Source: Atopobium sp.
GTDB taxonomy: Bacteria; Actinomycetota; Coriobacteriia; Coriobacteriales; Atopobiaceae
Direction of reading: 5' to 3'
DNA: 64,000 nucleotides
Assembly (NCBI GenBank): GCA_015259155.1
Contig: JABZGY010000002.1
Location: 6,697-70,696 of the forward strand
Positions 21,201 to 30,433 of this stretch are shown here, in pieces. Made by a program: the position numbers and the translations under genes. Numbering within the stretch: the first letter of the stretch is position 1; the number at the start of each line of letters is the position of its first letter. The notes beneath the pieces were generated by a model. That model saw nothing but the letters and a program-made list of their open reading frames with translations. It had not been told where the DNA came from and did no database searches.

Positions 21201-22271
21201 ACCAGCTACACCAACAGAAATGCCAGAAGTTGAGCCAGCATTTGCGTTGATGGTGGAGTTAACAATATTGGAAGTTCCCTGGATGGTCATGCCCGTCTGG
21301 CCCCAGAAAGATGGGTTAATGGTTAGGGTGGAGTCATTCATGTTGAGCTGGTTGACGTAGAAAGTCTGACCAAAGCCTTCAACGGCAAGGTCTGTGTTCC
21401 TAAGGTTGAGGTTGCGAGCGTCATTCCAGGTACGAGCCTGTGAAGTTACTTTGATAGTAGCGTTTTCAAAGGTGACACCAGACTCAAAGAAGTTTGTATT
21501 GCTCTTATCGTCTGCGGTGATGGTAACGCTGCTCTTGTTGGTGCTGCCGCTAACGGTTCCGCCAAGAGAAATACCGCGCGAGCCGCTTGCACCTGCGTTG
21601 TTCCTGAAGACATAAGTACCATCAGTGATGGTAGACCCATCCTGTGCGGTTAGTGCTGTCTTGAAGCCAGACATGGTAAGAGTGCCCGTGCCGGTCAGCG
21701 TTGAGCCAGGTGATAGAACCAGACCGTCAATGCTGTTTCCAGTGCCAGTAAGCGTTGCGCCCTCAGATTCAATCTTGAGTGTAAGACCAGAAGGAATGGT
21801 AACCGTAGAGGTCAGATTGAGGTTGCCTTTAAGATGAATGGTGTAGATTGAAGAAGTTTCTCCCCACAGCTCCAGTGCTTTCTCGAGAGATTTAACAGGA
21901 TCGGAGCTGGAGCCCTCGTTAGTATCGCTACCGTTGGTTCCGTCTACCCAGAGCTCAGTTGAGATGTAAGAAAGGCTTCTTGTAACACGGCGAGAAGATC
22001 TATCTGCAGGAGCAGTAGTCTGCTCAGAAGTCTGCTGGTTGGAAGTAGACTCTGCGGTAGTGGTAGCCTCAGTAGAGCTCTCTGCAGTTGCCTCCGAAGT
22101 TGAGGCAGTTGCATCACTTGTTTGAGCTGCTGCAACTTCTTGCGTCTGAGTTACTTCTTGAGTGCTAGCAATTTCTGCTAACGCTGAAGAAGGGACCAAA
22201 GAGAGCGCGAGTACCAAAGACATAGCTGTCTTTGCCCCTTTGCTTGCAAAGTTCTTGTTTTTTCTTTCCAT
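18243..22271 (-). CDS. Large cell-wall surface protein: beta-helix-like N-region, InlB B-repeat-like domains, TPYTG sorting signal
   Basis: Signal peptide; WVDGTNGSDTNEGS..P.KSL motif; F.GWY...FTADTQVTSDMTVYPHW repeats; two internal LPADM repeats; TPYTG-TM-KRRKNK; ATG 22271. Confidence 0.85.
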   Translation of the reverse strand: MERKNKNFASKGAKTAMSLVLALSLVPSSALAEIASTQEVTQTQEVAAAQTSDATASTSEATAESSTEATTTAESTSNQQTSEQTTAPADRSSRRVTRSLSYISTELWVDGTNGSDTNEGSSSDPVKSLEKALELWGETSSIYTIHLKGNLNLTSTVTIPSGLTLKIESEGATLTGTGNSIDGLVLSPGSTLTGTGTLTMSGFKTALTAQDGSTITDGTYVFRNNAGASGSRGISLGGTVSGSTNKSSVTITADDKSNTNFFESGVTFENATIKVTSQARTWNDARNLNLRNTDLAVEGFGQTFYVNQLNMNDSTLTINPSFWGQTGMTIQGTSNIVNSTINANAGSTSGISVGVAGGTVNVTNSTLNFTNGGTGGLNVNTGDVIINNSTIKGDGRNSGALFGAQTNGSIQFTGNSLVETPATKNSDNGAGQTRQNYNVVGGSYLLKYAPSYNSGFGSTIPTNGAANGNEVLSLFTLADPSTNSLSLINANGATYTYPVANASSDGQKHVWAPAATVTFDLNTPGVTGVNPTFADGTTANKTALAMRGNSLATASSVAEGSTTLPADPYASGQEFDGWYYTDAAGTEHQFTADTQVTSDMTVYPHWKANTAWLYVRYHNGNGVTVIERVATNAGRTVNVLSNTDVNNRDSNFNIAGKTFKRWTTQANGAGDEVAANSSLAVPAGTDTVDLYAEWEEQHLTVSFSANGGTFSANSVFKQNPNVFDITTDANGGEVATIKTHPTVAEQTNINALLQNLSGNTLSTTTAGIASPTSSNTNTAYTNIATFENHILDNADDPMTFFGIVIGHNYHYWFTDAAGNSPATINGGATLTNDVTYYLKWKEDPSIQRVELTSDLPADMWSDSQSNTTQIKEVSNDKSFSLTGAIDATSVINQMSAFENGIAGGLDDLTKITLSGTTSTFTAKLTLPAGVVVPANPTVTTSGLGDLFEVTNVSVNGQEVTVTLKLKGTYTNYKQLKDAVETVGKDDAATTEIARPLTVTVDGLTLDPTQVTNGQELTATGTLTGTFESFAKNTVTNVTKKFELSWNGVQIAASRDPRGTGIQQTLIVNNPIEMNLPADMLADENTEHDQVITMKAGSTFNLTGSILASSIQEQMNNIERAYPNTNHDTITLSNLKFKFTATLTVPEGMTLPSNLDANTIQASNFGSGFKVSDVQVNGRTVTVTFELSDPSSIRTYSDLERIVDEASANDGWMKLTIPGVTIDSNVAAGTQLTAVGTVTGSFSAIADSAAGNRKVFSFTWNGVQWPDGKDAVATDNDTIQLTITVAEDETPETPSTPTKPSKKKKQKTPYTGDASAAAPLAALLAGMTAVMTSLGITKRRKNK

Positions 22272-22806
22272 ACCTACCCCTAACAAATAGTGAATACCCC
22301 AACAAAATTTGCAATTAAAGCTTGTGCCAAAAGTGATAAATCACGATAAGCACGATGGAGACAAATGACACATATTCAGAGCATTTTTTGTATAGATAAT
22401 TATCTATTATTTTGGTAAAAATTGTTAGCTCAACCAGCGATTTTTATAGTTTGAACACATTTCAAAAAACGTCTTGAACTCATGTTATATAAATAATTTA
22501 ATCAAAATATTTGGTACGTTGAAAAATAGCATTTAAATTGCTCTATTTTTAACGATTTTCTCGACATTTGTCATAAACGTGCAACGGATAAAAATTGTAA
22601 TAGAAATGTATTAAATTTTAAGACAAATGTGAGTTATGCGGAAACTGAATAGTGGAAGCTGGATAGTTAACAATTTCATGAAATTTGAGCTTCAAAATTC
22701 TGAAGCAAGAGGGACTGTGTACACTAAGAAAAAGGCAGTTAAGAGGATGCACAATCTGCGCAAATAATGCGTGAGAGATACGTTTGAATGTGTTGAGCGG
22801 GGAGTT

Positions 22807-23451
22807 ATGGACTCAAAAATTATCGATGACGCTTTGAACTTTGTAAAAGAGGTTTTCTCCACAGATTTTAGTGGCCACGACTACTTCCACACATTGCGTG
22901 TGTACAAAATGGCTGTAAGAATTGCGCAAGAGGAAGGGGCAAATCAAGAGATTGTTGCCCTTGCTGCGCTTTTGCACGATGTAGATGACATCAAGCTTTC
23001 TCCAGAGACGCATGAGCATAAGGATAGGGCCGTTGGTTTTCTGCGCCAGTATGCTGTCGATGAGGTCACTATCCAGGCAATTTGTACCGCAATCGATGAG
23101 GTTTCTTTCTCGGGAACAGACTCGGTAGTTCCTTCAACGCTTGAGGGTATGTGTGTTCAAGATGCAGATCGCCTGGACGCGCTTGGTGCTGTTGGCATCG
23201 CACGTACCTTTGCCTATGGCGGAAGTCATGGCCGCGGTATGTATGACCCGGATGAACCACCAACTCTCAACATGGGCGGCGAGGAGTACCACTCACACAA
23301 ATCAACGTCGTTCAACCACTTCTACGAGAAACTCTTTTTACTGACAGACATGATGAATACGCGCAGTGGCAAAGAGCTAGGAAAAGCTCGCGAGAAGTAC
23401 ATGCGTGAGTATGTTGACCAGTTCTTAGATGAGTGGAACGGTAAACGTTAA
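22807..23451 (+). CDS. HD-domain phosphohydrolase (YedJ-like)
   Basis: GHDYFHTLRV, AALLHD, VQDADRLDALGAVGIAR, HFYEKL motifs; GGGAG RBS before ATG 22807. Confidence 0.9.
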   Translation: MDSKIIDDALNFVKEVFSTDFSGHDYFHTLRVYKMAVRIAQEEGANQEIVALAALLHDVDDIKLSPETHEHKDRAVGFLRQYAVDEVTIQAICTAIDEVSFSGTDSVVPSTLEGMCVQDADRLDALGAVGIARTFAYGGSHGRGMYDPDEPPTLNMGGEEYHSHKSTSFNHFYEKLFLLTDMMNTRSGKELGKAREKYMREYVDQFLDEWNGKR

Positions 23452-23552
23452 GATATAGGTTTTAGCTATATGAATTAGTTAAGTATTTGTATTTCACAAG
23501 TGAAGTGCTGATTGTCATACTGGTTTCTCGTAAGCAGTTCTAAGGGGTCATT

Positions 23553-24680
23553 ATGGCAATCAAAAATGATAAAACTACTCCACATCGCTTTGATGTTGTT
23601 GGTAGCTTTCTTCGTCCAGAGAAACTTAAGCAGGCTCGTATTCAGTTTGAAAAAGGTCAGATTGATTCGCATGAGCTCAAACAAGTAGAGGACAAAGCTA
23701 TTACAGAGCTTATCCAAAAGGAGAAACAGGCAGGCCTTAAAGTCATCACTGACGGTGAGTTTAGGCGTGCAACCTGGCACCTTGATTTTATGTGGGCGTT
23801 TGAAGGTATTGGCCATGCGCCAACTAATACTGGACTTCCTTTCCATGATGAGACTGCAGAGATTGACGACACCTTCCTCGTAGGAAAAGTGGAGCTCACC
23901 AAAGAGCATCCCTTTATAGAGCACTTCCGCTTTGTTCAGCAGTTTGAGGACGAGACAACCGTTGCTAAGCTTACTATTCCTGCACCTGCACAGTTTATTG
24001 AGCAGTTCATTATGCCTATGAACCGCGAGCAGACTAACAAGTACTATGCCAACGACCAGGACCTTCTTGAAGATATTGTTGCTGGCTACGGTGCGTTTAT
24101 TAAGCAGGTATATGCTGCAGGCTGTCGTAATCTTCAGCTTGATGACTGCTCATGGGGCGTGCTGGTTGACCCACGTGCAGAGCTTTTCTTTGGTGCTAAC
24201 CAGGAAGGTCTTAAGAAGATTAAGGCACTACTCTTGGAGATTAATAACCGCGTTCTTGATGCTGCTCCAGCTGACTTGACTATTAACACGCACGTTTGTC
24301 GTGGCAACTTCCATAGTACCTGGGCTTGCGAGGGCGGCTATGACGATGTGGCCGATGCTCTTCTTGCTCAAGAGCACGTAAACGCTTTCTTCTTAGAATT
24401 TGATGATCATCGCTCCGGTGGCTTTGAGCCCCTGGTTTCTGTTCCAGCTGGTAAAAAGGTTGTGCTTGGTCTGATCACCACCAAGCACGCCCAGCTGGAA
24501 GAGAAAGCCAAGGTTATTGAGCGTATTCATGAGGCGGCTCAGTACGTACCTCTGGAGAATCTCTGCCTTTCTCCCCAGTGCGGCTTTGCAAGCTGCGAGA
24601 TTGGTAACAAGCTTACTGAAGATGAGCAGTGGGCAAAGATTGCGCTTGTGAAAGAAATTGCCGAAGAGGTTTGGGGCTAA
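23553..24680 (+). CDS. Cobalamin-independent methionine synthase II-family protein (catalytic half only, YxjH-like)
   Basis: DVVGSFLRP, ITDGEFRR..WH.DF, HVCRGN, FLEFD, LSPQCGFAS Zn-binding motifs. Confidence 0.9.
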   Translation: MAIKNDKTTPHRFDVVGSFLRPEKLKQARIQFEKGQIDSHELKQVEDKAITELIQKEKQAGLKVITDGEFRRATWHLDFMWAFEGIGHAPTNTGLPFHDETAEIDDTFLVGKVELTKEHPFIEHFRFVQQFEDETTVAKLTIPAPAQFIEQFIMPMNREQTNKYYANDQDLLEDIVAGYGAFIKQVYAAGCRNLQLDDCSWGVLVDPRAELFFGANQEGLKKIKALLLEINNRVLDAAPADLTINTHVCRGNFHSTWACEGGYDDVADALLAQEHVNAFFLEFDDHRSGGFEPLVSVPAGKKVVLGLITTKHAQLEEKAKVIERIHEAAQYVPLENLCLSPQCGFASCEIGNKLTEDEQWAKIALVKEIAEEVWG

Positions 24681-24754
24681 ATATCAGTTGGTAACGGTTC
24701 GTCTGCGACTTACATGCCGTTTACCGAAGAGTTTCTGACCATACGTTCTTCTCG

Positions 24755-24787
24755 ACTCCTGTCCACTAAAATGGACAGGAGTTTTTT
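24755..24787. promoter_or_regulatory. Palindrome ACTCCTGTCCA-ctaaaa-TGGACAGGAGT (putative WYL site 2; may double as terminator)
   Basis: 11-6-11 inverted repeat followed by a T-run; TGGACA-18 bp-TAGACT (24796-24801) resembles a sigma-A promoter for the WYL gene. Confidence 0.55.
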
Positions 24788-24812
24788 ATTGGAGCTAGAC
24801 TTCGGAGGCAGT

Positions 24813-25805
24813 ATGCCAAGCGAGAAGACCCGCTGCTTGCACCTCGTAAAAATTTTCGAGGAAGAAACTGATGACGATCATGGTCTGAGCACGCCTCAGC
24901 TTATTGAAAAGCTGGCAGAGCGCGGGCTAAGCGTGGAACGTAAAACACTTTACGATGACATCAAATCGCTGCAGAATTTTGGTTACGACATCCAGTCTTA
25001 TCAGCGTCATCCTGTTGAATACGGCCTGGCTACCAGGAAGTTTCAGGCTGAGGAGCTCATGTTGATGGCAGATGCTGTGCAGTCGTCAAAGTTTTTGACA
25101 GAGCGCAAGGCAAATAACCTGGTGAGTCTTATCGGTGAGCTGGGTGGAAAGTCTACCTCTGACACGCTGAAGAAGCGCATCCATGTTGAGGGTCGTATTA
25201 AGTCGCAAAATGAGTCTGTGTTTTATGCACTCAATGCTATTCAGACAGCACTCTTGCAGAAGAAAAAGGTCTCGTTTAAGTATCGCAAGAAGGGCTTTAA
25301 AGATAAGGTTATTGAAGAGCTTCCTGTAAGAGAAGAAACGCCTGTTCAACTCACGTATATTGACGATTTTTACTATCTTATTGTGTGGAACGATAAGCAT
25401 CAAAACTTTGTCAATTATCGCGTGGACCGCATGTTTAGACTTGAGGTCTCTGATGCTGATGCCACGGTTAACGAGCAAATCAAGCAGTTTGATATAGACA
25501 AGTATCAAGAGCGTGTCTTTGGCATGTACTCGGGCGAGGTTGTTGAGGTCACGCTTCGCGTCAATGAGCGCGTGATGTGCTCGGTGTACGACCGCTTTGG
25601 CAAGAACATTATTTTGAACAATCCTAGTTCTGATGGAAGTACAGCTGACGTGCATGTTTCTGTAATGGAAGCACCAACGTTTTACGGCTGGCTTGCAACC
25701 TTTGGAACAGATATAGAGTTAGTAGCTCCAAAGAAGACCAGACAGAAATACCAAGAGTATCTGAGCGGGATTCTTCAGAGCTACCAATCACAGAAAGATG
25801 ATTAG
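24813..25805 (+). CDS. WYL-domain transcriptional regulator (wHTH-WYL-WCX, YafY/PafB-like)
   Basis: N-terminal HTH (VERKTLYDDIKSL); WYL core (PVQLTYIDDFYYLIV...NYRVDRM); WCX-like C-terminus; GGAGG RBS before ATG 24813. Confidence 0.9.
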   Translation: MPSEKTRCLHLVKIFEEETDDDHGLSTPQLIEKLAERGLSVERKTLYDDIKSLQNFGYDIQSYQRHPVEYGLATRKFQAEELMLMADAVQSSKFLTERKANNLVSLIGELGGKSTSDTLKKRIHVEGRIKSQNESVFYALNAIQTALLQKKKVSFKYRKKGFKDKVIEELPVREETPVQLTYIDDFYYLIVWNDKHQNFVNYRVDRMFRLEVSDADATVNEQIKQFDIDKYQERVFGMYSGEVVEVTLRVNERVMCSVYDRFGKNIILNNPSSDGSTADVHVSVMEAPTFYGWLATFGTDIELVAPKKTRQKYQEYLSGILQSYQSQKDD

Positions 25806-25843
25806 CTAAACCAAATCAAAACAAGTAGTCTTTCTCGCGCCAA

Positions 25844-26167
25844 TTAACGAGCATCAATGACGTAAAGGCCTGCTTTAACTAGAAGATGACCATGGTGATC
25901 ACTGAGCTGTGTAATTTTGCAGGTAATAATGTTTTGATGTCCGTAGAAGAGCAGAGTACTCCAGAGAGAATTGCTTTCTCTAGGAACAAAGCCCAGCTTG
26001 TGGTCATTAGAGTACAGAGCAAGAGCCTCTGGGTCGTAAGGGTTATCACGTTCAGAAACAATGGTTAGATCTGAGCCAAGTTTGAGCTGGTCAAAGACAA
26101 GAGGAGCGTCGTAGTAGGGAAGACCGGAAATAACAAAGGAATCAACGAGTTTTGTAGGACTGTACAT
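25844..26167 (-). CDS. Stand-alone HIRAN-domain protein
   Basis: ISGLPYYD, ERDNPYDPEALALY, KLGFVPR motifs typical of HIRAN; AAGGAGG RBS. Confidence 0.85.
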   Translation of the reverse strand: MYSPTKLVDSFVISGLPYYDAPLVFDQLKLGSDLTIVSERDNPYDPEALALYSNDHKLGFVPRESNSLWSTLLFYGHQNIITCKITQLSDHHGHLLVKAGLYVIDAR

Positions 26168-26221
26168 AAGAGCCTCCTTAGAAGATGTTGAGAATAGAAT
26201 ATGGATTTGTTAAAGAATGAG

Positions 26222-26239
26222 TGTCCAACAGATTGGACA
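26222..26239. promoter_or_regulatory. Palindrome TGTCCA-acagat-TGGACA (putative WYL site 3)
   Basis: Between divergent HIRAN and GNAT genes; minus-strand TATTCT (26201-26196) lies 20 bp from the core. Confidence 0.6.
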
Positions 26240-26302
26240 GTAAAAATAGCTGAAAGACAAAACAGTAAGAGACAGAGACAAAGAGTTTCAAAAGGAGTTT
26301 GG

Positions 26303-26851
26303 ATGATTACCACTAAGAGATTGTTTCTTATTCCATGGCATGCATCTGATGCTGAAGAGCTCTATGAACTAGCAAAAGATCCAGAGATCGGACCACTTTG
26401 TGGCTGGGAACCGCACAAGACTCTGGAAGATTCCAAGCAGGTTCTTGCAAATGTATTGTCCGAGAAGTTCTGTTATGCCGTAAAGGATATGAAAACCGGT
26501 CATGTAATTGGCTCGATGTCATTGGACTTTAAAGAAATTCCTGATCCAAAAGATTCCTCAAAGCAGTTATATCAGGCAGAAATTGGCTATTGGATTGGCC
26601 GTCCTTATTGGGGACAGGGATTGGCATCTGAGGGTACTCAAGCTCTTACTACCTATGCATTTGAAGAGCATGGCGTTGACCAGGTGATTATTAGATATCT
26701 TGAGCGTAATAAGAGGTCTGCTTCAGTGGCTCAAAAGTGTGGCTTCACAGAAGTAGAAATCTTTACAGACTTGAATAAATATACAGGCAAAGAAGAGCAG
26801 TTTGGTATCTCAGTACTCACAAAAGAGGACTGGGAACGTGTTCAAAAATAG
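26303..26851 (+). CDS. GNAT N-acetyltransferase (RimJ/RimL-like)
   Basis: T.RL.L.PW, EIGYWIGRPYWGQG, N..S..V..KCGF motifs; AAGGAG RBS before ATG 26303. Confidence 0.9.
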   Translation: MITTKRLFLIPWHASDAEELYELAKDPEIGPLCGWEPHKTLEDSKQVLANVLSEKFCYAVKDMKTGHVIGSMSLDFKEIPDPKDSSKQLYQAEIGYWIGRPYWGQGLASEGTQALTTYAFEEHGVDQVIIRYLERNKRSASVAQKCGFTEVEIFTDLNKYTGKEEQFGISVLTKEDWERVQK

Positions 26852-26996
26852 CAGTTCTTCTTGCTATTTTGTGTGTTGTTTTTAAATGTTGCATAAGGCA
26901 AACTCATATATGTAACGGCAGAACTGCATGTAAAGTAAGTAAAACAGTTAGTGGATTAAAGATTCTGCTTGTAAGAAAAGCGAAAGAAGTCTGCAT

Positions 26997-28733
26997 ATGA
27001 TGATTAATAAACGCCTCATTGCCCTCATTGAGGAGAGTAAAAAATACATTGGCTTGACCGTGCTTTACCAGTGGCTTGCGCTGCTTGCCAATATTGTATT
27101 TATGTACTCTCTGGCAAGAATGATAGAAGCTTTGTTCATGAATTATTTTGTCTTTGAAGAACAGCTGGTGTTTATTGCATTCTGCCTTATTGCTATTGTG
27201 ATCAGGTATTTCTGCAAACTTGCTCAGCACAAGACAAGCTTTTACGCAGCAAAAAGGGTTAAAAAGACCCTTCGCGAGAAAATCTATCAGAAGCTTTTAG
27301 AGTTTGGTCCCTCGTATAAAAATTCATATGCGACCAGTGAGATTGTTCAGTTGGCAGTTGAAGGCGTTGACCAGCTAGAAACGTATTTTGCGCAGTATTT
27401 ACCACAGTTCTTCTATGCTGTTTTAGCTCCACTCACACTTTTTCTTGTTTTGCTTCTTATTAGTTCGGTAGTTGGCATTGTTTTGCTGGTATTTGTTCCG
27501 CTTATCCCCATGACCATCGTTCTTATCCAGAAGTTTGCAAAGAAGCTTTTGTCTAAGTATTGGGGCCAGTATACGCAGCTTGGCGATACGTTTTTGGAGA
27601 ACCTGCAAGGCCTTACTACAGCAAAGATTTACAAGGCTGACGATTTCAAGCACAAGCAGATGAACGAGGAAGCCGAGCACTTTAGACGTATTACCATGAA
27701 GGTTCTAACCATGCAGCTCAACTCCATAACCGTGATGGACGTGGTTGCATTTGGCGGAAGCGCGCTTGGTACAATTCTTGCAATTCAGCAGGTAAATGAC
27801 CGGTTCCTCTTTATGTGGGAAGGCATCTTTGTCATTTTGATTTCGGCTGAGTTCTTCCTGCCTATGCGTCTTTTGGGCAGTTATTTCCACATTGCCATGA
27901 ACGGTATGGCAGCGTCGGACAAGATCTTTGACCTGCTTGATATGCCTGTTCGAGAGCAGGGTACCAAGACCGTTCCCGAGTCCAACGATTTGACACTGCA
28001 CAATGTCTCTTTCTCTTACGACGGCGAGAAACCCGTCTTGGTGAATGTTTCTTTTGGAATGCGCGCTAACTCTTTGAATGCCCTGGTAGGAGAGTCGGGC
28101 TGTGGCAAATCAACAATTGCCGCACTTCTGACAGGAAAGCTTCGCTCGTATTCTGGCGATGTTCTGTTTGGAAATACCAGTTTGTCAGACATTTCTGACC
28201 AGAATTTGCTTCAAAACGTTACGTATATTGGTCATCAAGCACATCTCTTTATGGGAAGCGTTCGCTCTAACCTTGCCATGGGTAATCCAGAGGCAACTGA
28301 AGAACAGCTCTGGCACGCCCTTGAACAGGTCAATCTTGCTGAGTTCGTAAAGTCTTTGGGTGGACTTGACGCACCAGTTGCCGAGAAGGGCTCCAACTTG
28401 TCTGGTGGTCAGCGTCAGAGATTAGCACTGGCCAGAGCTCTGCTTCACAATAGCCAGATGTACATCTTTGATGAAGCTACTTCAAATATTGATGTTGAGA
28501 GTGAAGACGTTATTATGCAGCAGGTTCACCAGCTTGCTCACTCAAAGATGGTGCTGGTAATTTCTCACCGCTTAGTAAACGTTAAAAATGCTGATCAGAT
28601 TGTTGTTATGCAGCATGGTCGCGTTGTTGGAAGCGGTACGCACCAAGAGTTGCTTGCAACAAATGACGAGTACAAACGAATGACGCAGGCCCAGACCGAG
28701 CTTGAGAATTATGTGAAAGGAGTTGAGGCGTAA
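26997..28733 (+). CDS. ABC exporter ATP-binding/permease, CydD-like subunit
   Basis: TM domain plus GESGCGKST, LSGGQRQR, FDEATS. Confidence 0.9.
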   Translation: MMINKRLIALIEESKKYIGLTVLYQWLALLANIVFMYSLARMIEALFMNYFVFEEQLVFIAFCLIAIVIRYFCKLAQHKTSFYAAKRVKKTLREKIYQKLLEFGPSYKNSYATSEIVQLAVEGVDQLETYFAQYLPQFFYAVLAPLTLFLVLLLISSVVGIVLLVFVPLIPMTIVLIQKFAKKLLSKYWGQYTQLGDTFLENLQGLTTAKIYKADDFKHKQMNEEAEHFRRITMKVLTMQLNSITVMDVVAFGGSALGTILAIQQVNDRFLFMWEGIFVILISAEFFLPMRLLGSYFHIAMNGMAASDKIFDLLDMPVREQGTKTVPESNDLTLHNVSFSYDGEKPVLVNVSFGMRANSLNALVGESGCGKSTIAALLTGKLRSYSGDVLFGNTSLSDISDQNLLQNVTYIGHQAHLFMGSVRSNLAMGNPEATEEQLWHALEQVNLAEFVKSLGGLDAPVAEKGSNLSGGQRQRLALARALLHNSQMYIFDEATSNIDVESEDVIMQQVHQLAHSKMVLVISHRLVNVKNADQIVVMQHGRVVGSGTHQELLATNDEYKRMTQAQTELENYVKGVEA

Positions 28734-30433
28734 TGAAGACAGAAGTTAAGAACAGCGCCACAACTGCACGTACTTCTCGCCGTAGTGCGCTCACCATTAT
28801 GTTGAGGCTGGTGGGGCTGGTTCGTCCGCTGGCTGGCTTTATGATACTTGCAATTTTGATGGGAGTCTTGGGTAACCTTGCCGCCACGTTCATCAGCATT
28901 TTTGGAGCATATGCGCTGCTCAGTGCTATGGGCTTTGCTTCATCTTCTCCTATGGCGCTGCTTTTTGGTGGCATGCTTTTGTTTGCTCTGGTCCGCGGTC
29001 TGCTGCGTTATGCCGAGCAGGAATGCAACCACTTTATTGCGTTTAAACTGCTTGCGCTTATTAGAGACCGTGTGTTCACGGCGCTCAGAAAGCTTGCCCC
29101 TGCAAAGCTTGAGGTCAAAAATAAGGGCAACCTGATGAGTGTTATCACCTCAGACATTGAACTGCTTGAGGTGTTCTACGCACACACTATCTCGCCTATC
29201 TGCATTGCGGTTGTGTTCTGCATTGTAATGGTGTGGTTTATTGCGGGCAGCACCAACTGGATTTTGGGTGTTATTGCACTTGTTTCTTACCTGGTAGTTG
29301 GCGTGGCAATTCCGCTTGCTATGTCTAAACGCTCCGAGCAAGACTCTGCTGAGGCAAGAGATCTTGCTGGTAACCTTTCTACGGTTACCCTTGATAACCT
29401 GCGTGGTCTTGACGAGATTCTGCAGTACAACACGGGCACTCAAATGCTTGAGAGCTCCAGTAAGCTTGCTGATCAGTTAAGCGACAGACAGCAGGCAGTT
29501 AAGAAGGCATTTGGTGTCAACGATGCGATTACCTCAACGGTTATTTTGCTCTCTGGCCTTATTATGTTCTTTAGTTCGTTCTACCTGGCCTATCACCAGC
29601 AGATTCTTATGAATGAAGCTTTCATTGTTACCATTGCATTGATGAGTTCGTTTGGGCCTGTTGTGGCTTTGGCAGCACTTGGTACAACCCTGACCAGTAC
29701 GTTTGCTGCAGGCAACCGTGTTTTGGATATTTTGGACGAGCAGCCCCTGGTTAAAGATGTAGTGGGTCAAAAAGACATCTCCTATGAAGGCGTGCGTGTT
29801 TCTGAGCTCTCATTTGCGTATGATAACGAGCAGATTCTAGACAACATTTCCGTGGATATTCCTACCGATAAGATCGTGGGAATTGTGGGAAAGAGCGGCT
29901 CAGGCAAGTCTACGCTGCTAAAACTTTTGATGCGTTTCTGGCCAGCAACGCCTGGTGCCATTGAGATTTCTGGAACCCCTTTGGAGCAGATTAATACCTC
30001 TAACCTGCGTGATCTTGAGAGCTACATGACGCAGGATACGCATCTGTATCACGATTCCATTAAGAACAATCTCCGCATTGCAAAGCTTGATGCAACGGAT
30101 GAAGAGATTGTTGAGGCGTGCAAGAAGGCTTCAATTCACGAGTACATTTCCACGCTGCCTCAAGGTTACGACACGCCCGTTGCAGAGCTTGGTGACTCGC
30201 TTTCTGGTGGAGAGCGCCAGCGTATTGGTCTTGCTCGCGCATTCTTGCATGACGCGCCACTCATGTTGCTTGACGAGCCAACCAGCAATCTGGACAGCCT
30301 AAACGAGGCAATTATCTTGCGCTCGCTTGATAAAGAAACTGAGCGCAAATCCGTGGTTCTTGTCTCTCATAGGGCTTCTACCATGGGAATTGCAGATGTT
30401 GTTTACACCGTTGATGGGGGACGAGTGAGCTGA
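28733..30433 (+). CDS. ABC exporter ATP-binding/permease, CydC-like subunit
   Basis: RYAEQ..NH..AF, GKSGSGKST, LSGGERQR, LDEPTS; TAATG coupling to upstream gene. Confidence 0.9.
   Translation: MKTEVKNSATTARTSRRSALTIMLRLVGLVRPLAGFMILAILMGVLGNLAATFISIFGAYALLSAMGFASSSPMALLFGGMLLFALVRGLLRYAEQECNHFIAFKLLALIRDRVFTALRKLAPAKLEVKNKGNLMSVITSDIELLEVFYAHTISPICIAVVFCIVMVWFIAGSTNWILGVIALVSYLVVGVAIPLAMSKRSEQDSAEARDLAGNLSTVTLDNLRGLDEILQYNTGTQMLESSSKLADQLSDRQQAVKKAFGVNDAITSTVILLSGLIMFFSSFYLAYHQQILMNEAFIVTIALMSSFGPVVALAALGTTLTSTFAAGNRVLDILDEQPLVKDVVGQKDISYEGVRVSELSFAYDNEQILDNISVDIPTDKIVGIVGKSGSGKSTLLKLLMRFWPATPGAIEISGTPLEQINTSNLRDLESYMTQDTHLYHDSIKNNLRIAKLDATDEEIVEACKKASIHEYISTLPQGYDTPVAELGDSLSGGERQRIGLARAFLHDAPLMLLDEPTSNLDSLNEAIILRSLDKETERKSVVLVSHRASTMGIADVVYTVDGGRVS

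Noticed and set aside
24714..24812. N-terminal extensions given by the ORF track (also 7717, 22771, 26201, 42701, 48634, 58669, 63001)
   Set aside because: Downstream starts have better RBS and family-typical N-termini; several extensions overlap operators or upstream genes
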